In this document: positions 30,471-39,969 of the stretch, one piece after another
Layout of the letters: each line of letters opens with the position of its first letter
Numbering within the stretch: position 1 is the stretch's first letter
Source of the DNA: a virus
Strand: one strand, 5' to 3'
IMG/VR virus record: IMGVR_UViG_3300013006_000018
Length of the DNA stretch: 64,000 nucleotides
Position numbers and translations under genes: made by a program
Notes under the pieces: generated by a model
What the model was told of the DNA's origin: nothing
Database searches by the model: none
The model's input: the letters and a program-made list of their open reading frames with translations, nothing else

Positions 30471-30842
30471 ATGACCTTTTTAGAATATTATAGATCAGGT
30501 GTCGTCCATAGACATATGAAGGATATTATTCCTGATCCTTCGTCACATTCCCAATCTCCAGGTAAGACTGTACCGGATTATGTACGGACAAAGAAAACAA
30601 ATACAAAATTAGAAGCTATAAAGAACATGGAAGTAGGTAGGTTTGTATATCTCACACCTTTAGACATCAAAGAAATAGAAGGAATGTTCCCTACAAAAGC
30701 TGATTTATCTACATCTGCTAAGCCTGAAGTGAAAGAGATAGGTAAACCTAACGAAAAAGACGGCACAAGAATAGTACTTAGCTATGATCCCATGGTTAAG
30801 AAATATAAACTAACAAAATCAAGAGGTGTTAAAAATGTCTAA
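30471..30842 (+). CDS. late hypothetical protein with capsid-targeting-like N-terminus
   Basis: MTFLEYY; TTAAATA 6 nt before ATG 30471. Confidence 0.6.
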   Translation: MTFLEYYRSGVVHRHMKDIIPDPSSHSQSPGKTVPDYVRTKKTNTKLEAIKNMEVGRFVYLTPLDIKEIEGMFPTKADLSTSAKPEVKEIGKPNEKDGTRIVLSYDPMVKKYKLTKSRGVKNV

Positions 30843-31557
30843 TGATTTTTATACGGGCGGGAACGGTATTCAGACATATCCTATTACACAGCCGATTAAT
30901 CAATGCTTTAGTTTTACAGATAAATCTCAAAACGGTTGCGAACGGCTCATATACTCAAACTACTGGCAGGAGCAAATCAATCTATATGGTCAGAATGTAT
31001 TGTATTTTGTAAATAACTTCAACTTATCGAGTGCGGATAGTTTATACGGTGAAGAACCAACACAGAAGTTTCAAGAGCCTAAGTTTATTAAATTAGGGAT
31101 CAATCTTAACGAAAACGCACTCATGTTGAGCAAGTATGGGTTAATGTCAGAGGATGAAGTTACAGCTTACGTTCATATTTCTGGTTATTATTCAACCTTT
31201 GGTTATGGAGCAGAACCAAAGTCGGGCGATATCTTTCAATTATATGATTACGGGTTAGATAGACCGGGCGGGAGGAATGGTAGATATTACGAAATAACTG
31301 AAAGATTAGATCAGGATATAGCACAGATAAACCCACTTGCAGGTCATTATGTATGGTTACTAAAAGCCAAGCGCTTTGAATACTCTTTTGAATTAGGTCT
31401 ATCAGGTGCTGCAGATGCAATGAATAACCAGATTTTTGATGATGCTAAAAACACTAGTGTATCGGGTGCTAACAAACCCTATAGTTACAGTGCGGATGCT
31501 CAGAATATATTTGACTATTCAGCTAGTAACAACGATAGTGTATATGGTGGTTATTAA
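30835..31557 (+). CDS. gp14: neck protein gp14-like (start revised to 30835)
   Basis: EQINLYGQNVLY, LYGEEP..KF, LSKYGL..EDE, EPKSGDIF, YVW.LKAKRFEYS. Confidence 0.8.
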   Translation: MSNDFYTGGNGIQTYPITQPINQCFSFTDKSQNGCERLIYSNYWQEQINLYGQNVLYFVNNFNLSSADSLYGEEPTQKFQEPKFIKLGINLNENALMLSKYGLMSEDEVTAYVHISGYYSTFGYGAEPKSGDIFQLYDYGLDRPGGRNGRYYEITERLDQDIAQINPLAGHYVWLLKAKRFEYSFELGLSGAADAMNNQIFDDAKNTSVSGANKPYSYSADAQNIFDYSASNNDSVYGGY

Positions 31558-31826
31558 GCGGAAGCAGCTGGCACAACTTCGTTTCTAAAAGACGCAATTA
31601 AATTATCTGCTTCTCTGGCATTATTAAATTCTAAAAACACAAATTTGCCTGCATTATCCTTTAGTTTATACACAATCATATTTTCCTTTTTAGAAATATT
31701 AACAATAATGTAAGAGGTGCCGGCAGCTAACTGTCGTTCGTATCTTGTATTTGCAGCATTATTGCTGTCTATTATTACGTTTTTTCTTCTATTGACTGTA
31801 AAATGGGTGCCAACAATGTAGTGCAT
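31554..31826 (-). CDS. hypothetical protein
   Basis: 90-aa ORF at end of minus-strand run. Confidence 0.55.
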   Translation of the reverse strand: MHYIVGTHFTVNRRKNVIIDSNNAANTRYERQLAAGTSYIIVNISKKENMIVYKLKDNAGKFVFLEFNNAREADNLIASFRNEVVPAASA

Positions 31827-32194
31827 AGATCAGACTCCAGTGTATCGGTGAGTTCTAGGTCGATAGGTTCCAATGTGGTGCATAAAACAGGCTTTAATAA
31901 TGTGGTGCATAACTTAGGCTCTATAGTATTTATTTCAAAAGTCATTTTTTCAAATCCTGCTACCTCTTCAATCATTGTTTCATACCTTTCGACGATATAC
32001 TTCTGAAATGAAAGTGGTTTAATCCAATCACTAGTCTTTTCCATATCGTGCTTGAGCTGCTTAGCCCTTATACTTACGTGATCTAAGGCTTCAATTAGAC
32101 AAAGCCATCTACTGTATTCGTGTATTGTAAGTTCGTGTTCTTTTTGACTTGTTGATTTAATTTGTATACTGTTTTTTGAAGATTCCTGTCGCAT
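31775..32194 (-). CDS. hypothetical protein with triplicated LCTTL C-terminus
   Basis: 139-aa ORF overlapping both neighbours. Confidence 0.55.
   Translation of the reverse strand: MRQESSKNSIQIKSTSQKEHELTIHEYSRWLCLIEALDHVSIRAKQLKHDMEKTSDWIKPLSFQKYIVERYETMIEEVAGFEKMTFEINTIEPKLCTTLLKPVLCTTLEPIDLELTDTLESDLCTTLLAPILQSIEEKT
31815..31911. repeat. three copies of 13-nt AATGTRGTGCATA
   Basis: Copies at 31815, 31872 and 31899. Confidence 0.85.
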
Positions 32195-32612
32195 ATCCCA
32201 GTATTATAATAGAAATTTCTTTTGGTTCAAGAAGATTATTATTTTTATTAAAAAGATCCATTAGATCACAAAACGTTTCGACTTGAGAAGTAAAATTCTT
32301 AAAATAACTTCTACAAAGATCCATGACGTCATGTTTTTTTTCCTCGTCCATTGTAGAAGTTTTAATCTTATCTAAAGTATAGTCATGTATTAAGGCAAGA
32401 GTATTACTAAATATTTCCTTAGAAGTTGAAGCCTCTTTTTTATAATAAAAGAAACTCTGTTCTAATAGTTTACTAAGCTTTTCATCATTTAAATTATAGC
32501 GAAGGAAATCGTAAATTTCTTTTGGGTCTTTCTTTGTAAAAACACGTGATGGTATGAAGGGGTCACCAGCTCGTGCTTCGGATTGGGTTAAAATAGAATC
32601 AGGTATATTCAT
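32157..32612 (-). CDS. hypothetical protein
   Basis: 151-aa ORF in operon. Confidence 0.55.
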   Translation of the reverse strand: MNIPDSILTQSEARAGDPFIPSRVFTKKDPKEIYDFLRYNLNDEKLSKLLEQSFFYYKKEASTSKEIFSNTLALIHDYTLDKIKTSTMDEEKKHDVMDLCRSYFKNFTSQVETFCDLMDLFNKNNNLLEPKEISIIILGYATGIFKKQYTN

Positions 32613-33033
32613 CGGCTAATGCAGATTCTACTATTTCTTTTAAAGCTTCTTTTGAATTATCCATAGGTTGCGTTGTAACAACAGTAGATATATCTATATA
32701 GATAGCGACATCTTTCTTACACTCTTGGCATGTATATAAATTGTCTGTATTGAATCTAATAGGCACAAACGCCTTAACTTTCTTATGACAAGGGCAAACT
32801 ACTTCAGCGCCTTGATAAGAAAACTCTTTTATACGTTCATTTTCTAATTTTTTATTTTTTAAAAGAAAGTATACCGTAAAAACATTACTATAAATATAGT
32901 ATATAAAAAATTGAAGGCTGAGACCGATCCCGCATCCAAGCCAAAAGCTGAGCCCTAATTCTTTAGTTAGAAATCCTGTTAATAGAGAAACAGAGATTAG
33001 TATTAATAGTTGTACTATTGTCTTTAAGACCAC
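32599..33033 (-). CDS. membrane protein (2 TM) with C-terminal zinc ribbon
   Basis: Two hydrophobic segments; CPCH...CQEC; TTGATT-N16-TAAAAT promoter at 33041-68. Confidence 0.6.
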   Translation of the reverse strand: MVLKTIVQLLILISVSLLTGFLTKELGLSFWLGCGIGLSLQFFIYYIYSNVFTVYFLLKNKKLENERIKEFSYQGAEVVCPCHKKVKAFVPIRFNTDNLYTCQECKKDVAIYIDISTVVTTQPMDNSKEALKEIVESALADEYT

Positions 33034-33060
33034 AATATATATTTTATGAACTTTTTGATA

Positions 33061-33435
33061 CTAATCAATGATCTTATCTAGAGTATCGCTGACGTGCTTG
33101 ACTGTGTCAATTATAGCTTTAAGTTTTCTTATAGCATCCTGCACCTCGAGTTTTGCTTTAGTATTTTCAGATACTAAGGGAAAATTGAGTGAGGTTTCAA
33201 AGAGCTGTAATGCATTAGATGCATCAACATATATTTGGCCTAGCGAATCTGTTACCGTAGTGAGAGGGAACGGAAGGCTTTTTCTTAATTGTACTTGGTT
33301 CGGAAATTGGGACATCGACTTGTTAAATAGGTCCTTTATAGTAACCTGTTGTGCATTAACCTCTCTTGCAGCCATACCTGTAGTCCACTTGTTATAGTAG
33401 CTTACTGTATCTTCAAACATTAACCTTTTCTTCAC
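33061..33435 (-). CDS. late hypothetical (putative head) protein
   Basis: AATAAATA 6 nt upstream; MKKRLMFED. Confidence 0.6.
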   Translation of the reverse strand: MKKRLMFEDTVSYYNKWTTGMAAREVNAQQVTIKDLFNKSMSQFPNQVQLRKSLPFPLTTVTDSLGQIYVDASNALQLFETSLNFPLVSENTKAKLEVQDAIRKLKAIIDTVKHVSDTLDKIID

Positions 33436-33468
33436 TAAATATATTTATTCTAATATAAATAATAATGT

Positions 33469-33885
33469 ATGAGTAATATTTTTGAAAAACGATTTAATAC
33501 GATTTTGGAAGCTGACGTTGCGCCAATGCCGGAGATGCAAGATGACGCGCCTATGACTGACAGAGAAGCAATGGCCCAGACATTAAAGACGTCAAAGCCA
33601 GAGGATTATGATGTACAAGCACCTCATGGGGGCGGTGAGATAGAGAAGGAAAAAGAACACCAAAAAACGCAGCTCGGTGGTTGGGTACAGGAAATTGACA
33701 AGTTTATTGCCTTTTTGAACGGGACAGATGGTGGCTCAATTCAAGCAAAATTACATGCTGCCCGTTGCGATTCAGTGTTTGAAGATATCGCAAGAAGCGA
33801 GAAAAAGAAAATAGCTAGAATAGCAGCAGAATTGAGCGCCTTAAGCGAAGCGTTTAAGGGTTACTTGATTTCAATGTCTAGTTAA
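33469..33885 (+). CDS. late hypothetical (putative head) protein
   Basis: TATAAATA at 33454-61; MSNIFEKRFNTILEAD. Confidence 0.65.
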   Translation: MSNIFEKRFNTILEADVAPMPEMQDDAPMTDREAMAQTLKTSKPEDYDVQAPHGGGEIEKEKEHQKTQLGGWVQEIDKFIAFLNGTDGGSIQAKLHAARCDSVFEDIARSEKKKIARIAAELSALSEAFKGYLISMSS

Positions 33886-34918
33886 TATTTGTTAAAATAA
33901 GTCTTGCTTTTATACCGCTAAAGCTGTTTTCATTCACAAAGCTGGTATCAATACAATCTAGTTTTTGATCAATACAGATATCGTTAAAGTCTTTATATTT
34001 TTTCCCATATTTTTCTGGCCATACAAAAACTGTTTCCCCGCTTTCAACTAAACTTGCTGTCTTCTTTTTACTGGCCGTATCCTTCCACTGGCTATCAAGA
34101 ACCCATACTTTTTTAAATAAGTTAAATTCAAAGAGCTGCTTTTCTTGCAGGGGAGAAAAACTATTTATGGAATCTTCTTGAATACCAGCAACAGCAATAC
34201 CATTACGCATAAAAAAACAATCTATAGGGCCTTCGAAAATAAAGATCTGCTCCAAACCAGTATCAATTTGATTTATATTAAACAAAGACCGTTCACCACG
34301 AACCTTACTTAGGTAACGGGGTTTAAGTTTCAGATCAATATCATAGATAGCTCTCGTCTGATAAAAGATTATATTATTACTTTTATCATAAAACGGTATG
34401 ATGATACGGTTCTTGTGTATATAATCAGTAAGAGAAATATATAGAGCATGAGGACGATTGATTGCTGTATCTAATCTACGCTTCTTAATAAGACTCAACG
34501 CATCTATTACACATTTATTATCTTTAAAGAATTGTACCTGAGAATCATCAAATAAATTAATTGAATCTGTAGGTAGATGTTCAATGACCGGTATCTTATT
34601 CTTTACTCTCTCTTCAATGTCTACGTCTTTTACCATATTAGGTATAACGTCAAAGTTGCCGGCCTCTTTTAATATTTCACCTACCGAAAGACCCGACACC
34701 TCCTGTATCCATTTAACAGGAGCACCATACCACCCGCAATTATGGCAGCAAATAATATTCTTAGTTATAACGTAATAGCAGCGGCGTTTTACTTGCCAGG
34801 AATTACCTTCCCTGCATATAGGGCATCCCGCTTCATAGGTTTGTGATAACTTCTTAAATCGCGGGTACCCTGCGTACTGATAAAATTTTTGTACAATATA
34901 CTCTTGAGGAATATCCAC
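33878..34918 (-). CDS. gp61: DNA primase gp61
   Basis: CPICREG...CHNCG zinc finger; RIIIPF; TOPRIM FEGPID; KDFND. Confidence 0.9.
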   Translation of the reverse strand: MDIPQEYIVQKFYQYAGYPRFKKLSQTYEAGCPICREGNSWQVKRRCYYVITKNIICCHNCGWYGAPVKWIQEVSGLSVGEILKEAGNFDVIPNMVKDVDIEERVKNKIPVIEHLPTDSINLFDDSQVQFFKDNKCVIDALSLIKKRRLDTAINRPHALYISLTDYIHKNRIIIPFYDKSNNIIFYQTRAIYDIDLKLKPRYLSKVRGERSLFNINQIDTGLEQIFIFEGPIDCFFMRNGIAVAGIQEDSINSFSPLQEKQLFEFNLFKKVWVLDSQWKDTASKKKTASLVESGETVFVWPEKYGKKYKDFNDICIDQKLDCIDTSFVNENSFSGIKARLILTNIN

Positions 34919-34949
34919 AAGCTATTGTAGTAATATAGGAAGTAAAATT

Positions 34950-35147
34950 CTACTCTTTTTTATCTTGAGTAGCACTAGGTATGTCTCTAACAGAGACAAC
35001 GCCTTTACGGATAAAAGTACCGCTTGCGGGATCAATATATTCGGCTTCAACAACTTCTTTGCGACCACGGATATATGTTTTTAATGTGGGCCTAACAGGT
35101 TCACCGGAGATGGGTGATGTAATTATTACCGGCTTAATGAAGTCCAT
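34950..35147 (-). CDS. small hypothetical protein
   Basis: MDFIKP...SPISG...DPASG; fills gap; start uncertain (35147 or 35162). Confidence 0.5.
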   Translation of the reverse strand: MDFIKPVIITSPISGEPVRPTLKTYIRGRKEVVEAEYIDPASGTFIRKGVVSVRDIPSATQDKKE

Positions 35148-35174
35148 AAAACTATTTATCAACCAAGTTTATAA

Positions 35175-35474
35175 TTACAAGTTGTTCTTATTGTATTGAC
35201 GTAGACAGGTATCATAAATATTCCTAGGTAGTCTTTCAACTATATCAACAATACCGTTGTCAAGACCAAATTGAAATTTTTCGACAGGAATAACTCTATT
35301 AATCATCTTGGGCATAGATAGAAACCCATGGCTTTCGTTCATAGTCTTACAGTAAACAAGTAGTTCACCGAGGTATGTACCTTTTGTAACAGCGTAAATA
35401 TACCCCCTTTTAGGGTGAGGCTTAACCGAGAAGCTGTTCTTTAAGTGCGATAATACATTTTTGAGCTGAGTCAT
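35175..35474 (-). CDS. hypothetical protein
   Basis: RGYIYAVTKGTYLGELLV...; start uncertain, overlaps upstream gene. Confidence 0.5.
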   Translation of the reverse strand: MTQLKNVLSHLKNSFSVKPHPKRGYIYAVTKGTYLGELLVYCKTMNESHGFLSMPKMINRVIPVEKFQFGLDNGIVDIVERLPRNIYDTCLRQYNKNNL

Positions 35475-36300
35475 AAATATCAGGTAGGCCGAGTTCAAGT
35501 TTATGAATTTTTTCAGTAGAAAGCAAGCAATTTGATCTATTCGCTTTAAAGCCTATTTCGTCATAATTTTTCATTTTCCAGTTGGCGTTGATCAAATCAT
35601 TTGCTGTAAGAATATCAACAACAGCACGTGCCGTAATACCACCTGTATTAACAACGTTATAGATACCGGACTTTGTGTATTGATAGTTGAGCGAAATAAA
35701 TTTATAGAAAAATTCACATAAATCCTCAACACAAGTACAGCTGTTATTAAAATCTATTAGGTTATCGTAGTTTAAGATCTTAATGAAATAATTTTTCTTG
35801 TTTATCTCGCCTGTAAACGGTATGCGTACCCTAAAGATAGATGTATTGACATAGTTAGTAATAAGCTCGGAAATATGTTTTGTTTTTGAATAGAAGCTAC
35901 TCTCTGGATTAAACAGTCCGAAGTTTGGTGTATCGGTTTCACTATATTCCTTTTCGTATCCGTTGTAAATACACCCACTAGAAATCGTAATTAATGCGTA
36001 TTTATTTTGAATACAAAAACTATTTAATATAGATTGGAGATTGACGTTGTAATTGAAACAAACAGATTTATTGTCCTCACAAGCTTCAACGTTCGGAGAG
36101 CCTGTATAACCAGAGCAGTTAACTACAGTAACAAATTCATTTCTAACATGCTTTGCTATATAACTAGCTAGCTTATTAGTATCAAAATAATCGCACTCAG
36201 ATCTTGATATATGATGTAAATCTAGTTGTTTATCTTGTAAGAAAGAAAAAAGCTTATTACCAATGAAGCCTTTGCCTAGAACTAGAATTGAATCGCGCAC
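35422..36300 (-). CDS. NDP-4-keto-6-deoxyglucose 3,5-epimerase/4-reductase (RmlD/UER-like SDR)
   Basis: ILVLGKGFIG, NCSGYTGSPNVEACE, SSGCIY, SFYSKTK (YxxxK), RSNCLL. Confidence 0.8.
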   Translation of the reverse strand: MRDSILVLGKGFIGNKLFSFLQDKQLDLHHISRSECDYFDTNKLASYIAKHVRNEFVTVVNCSGYTGSPNVEACEDNKSVCFNYNVNLQSILNSFCIQNKYALITISSGCIYNGYEKEYSETDTPNFGLFNPESSFYSKTKHISELITNYVNTSIFRVRIPFTGEINKKNYFIKILNYDNLIDFNNSCTCVEDLCEFFYKFISLNYQYTKSGIYNVVNTGGITARAVVDILTANDLINANWKMKNYDEIGFKANRSNCLLSTEKIHKLELGLPDIYDSAQKCIIALKEQLLG

Positions 36301-36317
36301 AAAATAACTTATTTAAG

Positions 36318-36644
36318 TTATTCACTATCTCCAGGCTCACTCCTTACGTTTTTTATAAAAAACTTGTTTAAAAGTGTGGCGAGAGAGTCAGCCTCTTGCT
36401 CATTATGAGCAAAGATAAAATTAACTGGTTGACCATCCATCGTGTAGCCTAAAATAATAAACGAGTTTAGGAACTCTTGTACCGTATTAACTAATGCGTC
36501 TGTATTTTTTCGGGCAGAACTGTTTTCTTTAATCTGATTCTGAATAAAGGCGGCAAAAGCTTTTTTAGCTAAATCTTTTGTTTCGCTATCTTTTGGGTCA
36601 AAGTCGTTATTATCCTTCGACTGATTCTGGTTGACTTTCTTCAT
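36318..36644 (-). CDS. hypothetical protein (late promoter)
   Basis: GATAAATA 6 nt upstream, inside upstream gene. Confidence 0.6.
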   Translation of the reverse strand: MKKVNQNQSKDNNDFDPKDSETKDLAKKAFAAFIQNQIKENSSARKNTDALVNTVQEFLNSFIILGYTMDGQPVNFIFAHNEQEADSLATLLNKFFIKNVRSEPGDSE

Positions 36645-36996
36645 TTATATTATTTATCCTCTTGGAGAGAAATCTACAGCGACCGGAGTAGTCTTGATTA
36701 CATGTTACACCATATTTTACAAGGTATTCAATTATAGTTTCAATACTTTCGGTCTTTAAGGTAAAATTACGGGGGAATCTATTGCCGCCGTCATTCAGCT
36801 CAAAGCATGTTGAGTTATTGTCGCCGCCATCATTATAGCAAGTAATAAAGACAGAGACTTCACTAGGATTAACTAGTACGGTCCATCTACGGGGATCGCT
36901 TTTATTAAAAATAGAGAACACTTTCAAGACAACAAACCCGTTGTCTTTAAGACGTTTTATAAAGTACCCCGGTGTACGTATTTTGTTTTTACTCAT
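36610..36996 (-). CDS. hypothetical protein
   Basis: Coupled to gp45 stop (TAATG). Confidence 0.6.
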   Translation of the reverse strand: MSKNKIRTPGYFIKRLKDNGFVVLKVFSIFNKSDPRRWTVLVNPSEVSVFITCYNDGGDNNSTCFELNDGGNRFPRNFTLKTESIETIIEYLVKYGVTCNQDYSGRCRFLSKRINNINEESQPESVEG

Positions 36997-37727
36997 TAGC
37001 TTGTAAGAGCTGAGATGACAATTTTATGTTTCACTGCACTATCATCTAGTTCCAGTAACGCTATACCCATTTTCGAATGGATTTTAATGTTAAATGTTTT
37101 TACCCTCATAGAAGAAATTATTCTAAAAATTTCAAAATTCAACGGTATCCCTGTAGTTATTGCGACACCAACATAGTCATCTGTAAGCTTTAAATCAAAG
37201 GAGTCTATATTCGGTCTACTTTTATCAGTAAGCTCTCCAAATACACTATTATTTTTAAATGTTAAATACATCTTGCTTGAGTCATTATTAATAGAACTCG
37301 CTTTTACCAGGTTAACTAGGACAGACTGTGAAAGTGAAAAGCAACCATCGAACTTAATATCATCCAATTTATTAATATTAAGTTTTGGAGTTGTAATAAT
37401 ACCGTCATCAAACAAATGATATTTAAATCTGATATCGTCAGAGCTGTAGGAAATATTATTACTATTGATTGTAATATCAAATTCTTTACTTGAAATACAG
37501 GAGAACAATCGATGTAATTTTTTAAGGTCCGGTATATTGAGTGTTACTTTACCTTTCATTTTTTCATCAGAAAAGGTAGAAGATACAATTACCGTACTAT
37601 CACTTGTCGATAATAAGGAATTAATACCGCTGTCGGTAATATTAATTACCGCACTTTCAGAAATTTTACTTATAAAGCCGAGAAAGCTATCTAAAAAACA
37701 ATCTCGATCACGAATTGTTACTAACAT
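36996..37727 (-). CDS. gp45: sliding clamp gp45-like
   Basis: ~240 aa, two-domain beta-rich clamp pattern (LNIPDLKKL..L, IRFKYHL.DD.II); replication cluster. Confidence 0.7.
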   Translation of the reverse strand: MLVTIRDRDCFLDSFLGFISKISESAVINITDSGINSLLSTSDSTVIVSSTFSDEKMKGKVTLNIPDLKKLHRLFSCISSKEFDITINSNNISYSSDDIRFKYHLFDDGIITTPKLNINKLDDIKFDGCFSLSQSVLVNLVKASSINNDSSKMYLTFKNNSVFGELTDKSRPNIDSFDLKLTDDYVGVAITTGIPLNFEIFRIISSMRVKTFNIKIHSKMGIALLELDDSAVKHKIVISALTS

Positions 37728-37732
37728 TAAAA

Positions 37733-38122
37733 CTACTTAGATGTTTTAGATAAAATTGTAAGTGTATTTTTAGTATTTTCTTGTATCTTCTCTAAACATA
37801 TTGCTATTCTATCTAGACTCAAAGCAATCTTATTATTCTCTGGAGCAATAGGGATATGAGAAATGGTAGGTACTTGGGCCTGCTGTACAAAGGGCTGCAC
37901 CTGCAGTGCAGGCGCCCCTTGAGGCAAGGGCTGTGCTTGAGTTTGTTGCTTTGGTATTGTTTTTAAGATGCCCTCGGGATTTAAGCTTAACCCCTGCAGC
38001 GTAGGATTCTTACTAACAATATGACCGTCTAGTGCCTTAAGGTCACCGAGATTCTGACCCATAAACTGGAGTGTTACCAGTCTGATCTCTTCTGGTGTAG
38101 GCTCTCTGAAAGTATCGCTCAT
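37733..38122 (-). CDS. hypothetical protein
   Basis: Between gp32 and gp45; Q/P-rich middle. Confidence 0.55.
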   Translation of the reverse strand: MSDTFREPTPEEIRLVTLQFMGQNLGDLKALDGHIVSKNPTLQGLSLNPEGILKTIPKQQTQAQPLPQGAPALQVQPFVQQAQVPTISHIPIAPENNKIALSLDRIAICLEKIQENTKNTLTILSKTSK

Positions 38123-38994
38123 TATTCGTCAAGCTCTTTAAGAAGATTAGTAATAGAATCATCACTTAAATCATCTTCAACTTTTTTAGTAGCTTTTACC
38201 GAGGGTGTTTCTGTATTTACCTGTTTTTTAATAGATTTTACTTCAGCTACGATTTGAGGTACTGTAACTTCTGCTTCCTCAGCTACATCCTCTTTACAAT
38301 AGAAATGCTGATCAAATAGTGATTTTAATTCATCGTAACTCTTAACAGATACATATGACTCTAAATTACAAGCGCCGTTATATTTTTCATCGTATTCATC
38401 TGCATCTAATCCTTCAATTTCTTTAGCAGATTCAAATCTTGAAGAGACATACGTCGGATAATCACCTTGCTTTTCAACCCTAATCTTTAAATTACATCCT
38501 TTAGGAGATAAGTCAAAAATACGAGGACCAAACTCTTCCGCAGCTTCTCCTTCTATAGCATCCATAATAATCTTATGAAGCTGTTTGCCGAATCGGATAA
38601 CTTTTATCTTTCCGTTGTTATCTGGATTGACAGGGTCTTTAACAACATAGGCGTTTACCATCCAATTTTCCCGTCTCATAATCACAGACATTTTCTTCTT
38701 TTCATCTTCGGTACCATTACGAAGAACACGGTACCGCTCTTCTCCGATAGGGTCCCTTTGGCCCCATGTAGTTGGACTTACACACATAACAAGCTGGCCG
38801 GTACTGTAACTATTCCAGCCGTATGAATAATAATGGAAGAAGGTCTTTGTAGGGTCTTTGATATTAGGTAACAGCCTTACCGTATATGTGTTGCCTACTT
38901 CAGTCCTTAAGAAGTCTTTGGTACGGGAGGCGGTTGGTTCTTTAGTTAGGGCAGACTTAATGCTTTCAAACATTGAATTTGTAAATGAGTTCAT
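38122..38994 (-). CDS. gp32: single-stranded DNA-binding protein gp32
   Basis: VRLLP, YVVKDPVNPDNNGKIKVIRFGKQL, FDL..GCN.KI, YVSSRF, acidic tail. Confidence 0.9.
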   Translation of the reverse strand: MNSFTNSMFESIKSALTKEPTASRTKDFLRTEVGNTYTVRLLPNIKDPTKTFFHYYSYGWNSYSTGQLVMCVSPTTWGQRDPIGEERYRVLRNGTEDEKKKMSVIMRRENWMVNAYVVKDPVNPDNNGKIKVIRFGKQLHKIIMDAIEGEAAEEFGPRIFDLSPKGCNLKIRVEKQGDYPTYVSSRFESAKEIEGLDADEYDEKYNGACNLESYVSVKSYDELKSLFDQHFYCKEDVAEEAEVTVPQIVAEVKSIKKQVNTETPSVKATKKVEDDLSDDSITNLLKELDE

Positions 38995-39000
38995 AATTAA

Positions 39001-39028
39001 ATTTTATGATAACGAATCTTGAATTCAA
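39001..39028 (-). promoter_or_regulatory. sigma70-like promoter TTGAAT-N16-TAAAAT for gp32
   Basis: -35 contains TGA stop of upstream gene; 6 nt to ATG. Confidence 0.7.
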
Positions 39029-39687
39029 GCTTTATTTAAAGTATCTTTGATCTTTTTAATGGCATGCGTCCCGAGTAGTTTGGCCTTCTTAGAAAAACTG
39101 TACTTATTTTTAAGAGTTTCGACTCTATTAAAGAAATTATTTCCAAACATAAATTCTAAAATTTCAGCTCCTGAGATTCTCATATTACGAATAGCGTCTT
39201 TAAATTCAAAAAGTGAATAGAGATTTATCTTATGCTCTTGTAGATGTAGCAAAAAAGAGAAGATATTGTTTGTCTTATGGTTTACATAACTATCAATAGT
39301 GATATTGTTTTCGGTACAAAATTCTTTAATAAACTTAAAGGATATTAATAAAGCTCGAAGCTGTTTTAAATCATCCGGGTCGAGCTGCTCAGTTCTCTTT
39401 ACAATAAGGGTGTAGGCTCTGGTAGCTTTAAGACTAATATAATAATCCAGTCCGAAGTATTTTTCGTCTTTATATAGTTCATAGGGAGCTTGAAAAAATT
39501 CTAATATGGAAATATGCTTAAATCTATTAAAGAAGTTGGACAACTTTTTAAGGTGAACGTAATCTTTGTCATTAAAATCAGTAAAGTCTTTGCGCGCTCG
39601 ATAAGGCTGATTCTTGGCACCTCTTGAAACCTTTATAAAGGTATTGTATATGTGTTTTTCGAAATCTGTAAGAGTATTCAATACCAT
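39025..39687 (-). CDS. possible helicase loader (gp59-like)
   Basis: Basic, aromatic 220-aa protein immediately upstream of gp32 as in T4; positional inference only. Confidence 0.45.
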   Translation of the reverse strand: MVLNTLTDFEKHIYNTFIKVSRGAKNQPYRARKDFTDFNDKDYVHLKKLSNFFNRFKHISILEFFQAPYELYKDEKYFGLDYYISLKATRAYTLIVKRTEQLDPDDLKQLRALLISFKFIKEFCTENNITIDSYVNHKTNNIFSFLLHLQEHKINLYSLFEFKDAIRNMRISGAEILEFMFGNNFFNRVETLKNKYSFSKKAKLLGTHAIKKIKDTLNKA

Positions 39688-39969
39688 CTATGATAATGCA
39701 TTTTTATTAGCGTTCAAATATTTCATTATATATTTACTTTTATATAATCCTGTATCAAACTGCAGAAAACTTTTTATCGCTGAGTAGTCGTTTTCAAAGC
39801 CACAGTACTCCTTAAACAGAGTTCTTACACTCGGATTCTGTAATAGTAGTAAGAATATATTTGCTAAGTTCATTTTTTTTGTCTGAAGTAAGCTAATAAG
39901 AGTACAGAATGAATAAAACAAATGATTGAACTCATATGTGGTTATTGAATGGGATGGGTCTGATTTCAT
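39688..39969 (-). CDS. hypothetical protein
   Basis: 93-aa ORF, coupled to neighbours. Confidence 0.55.
   Translation of the reverse strand: MKSDPSHSITTYEFNHLFYSFCTLISLLQTKKMNLANIFLLLLQNPSVRTLFKEYCGFENDYSAIKSFLQFDTGLYKSKYIMKYLNANKNALS

Noticed and set aside
39688-39969. gp33 late co-activator by position
   Set aside because: Synteny only; no sequence motif recognised
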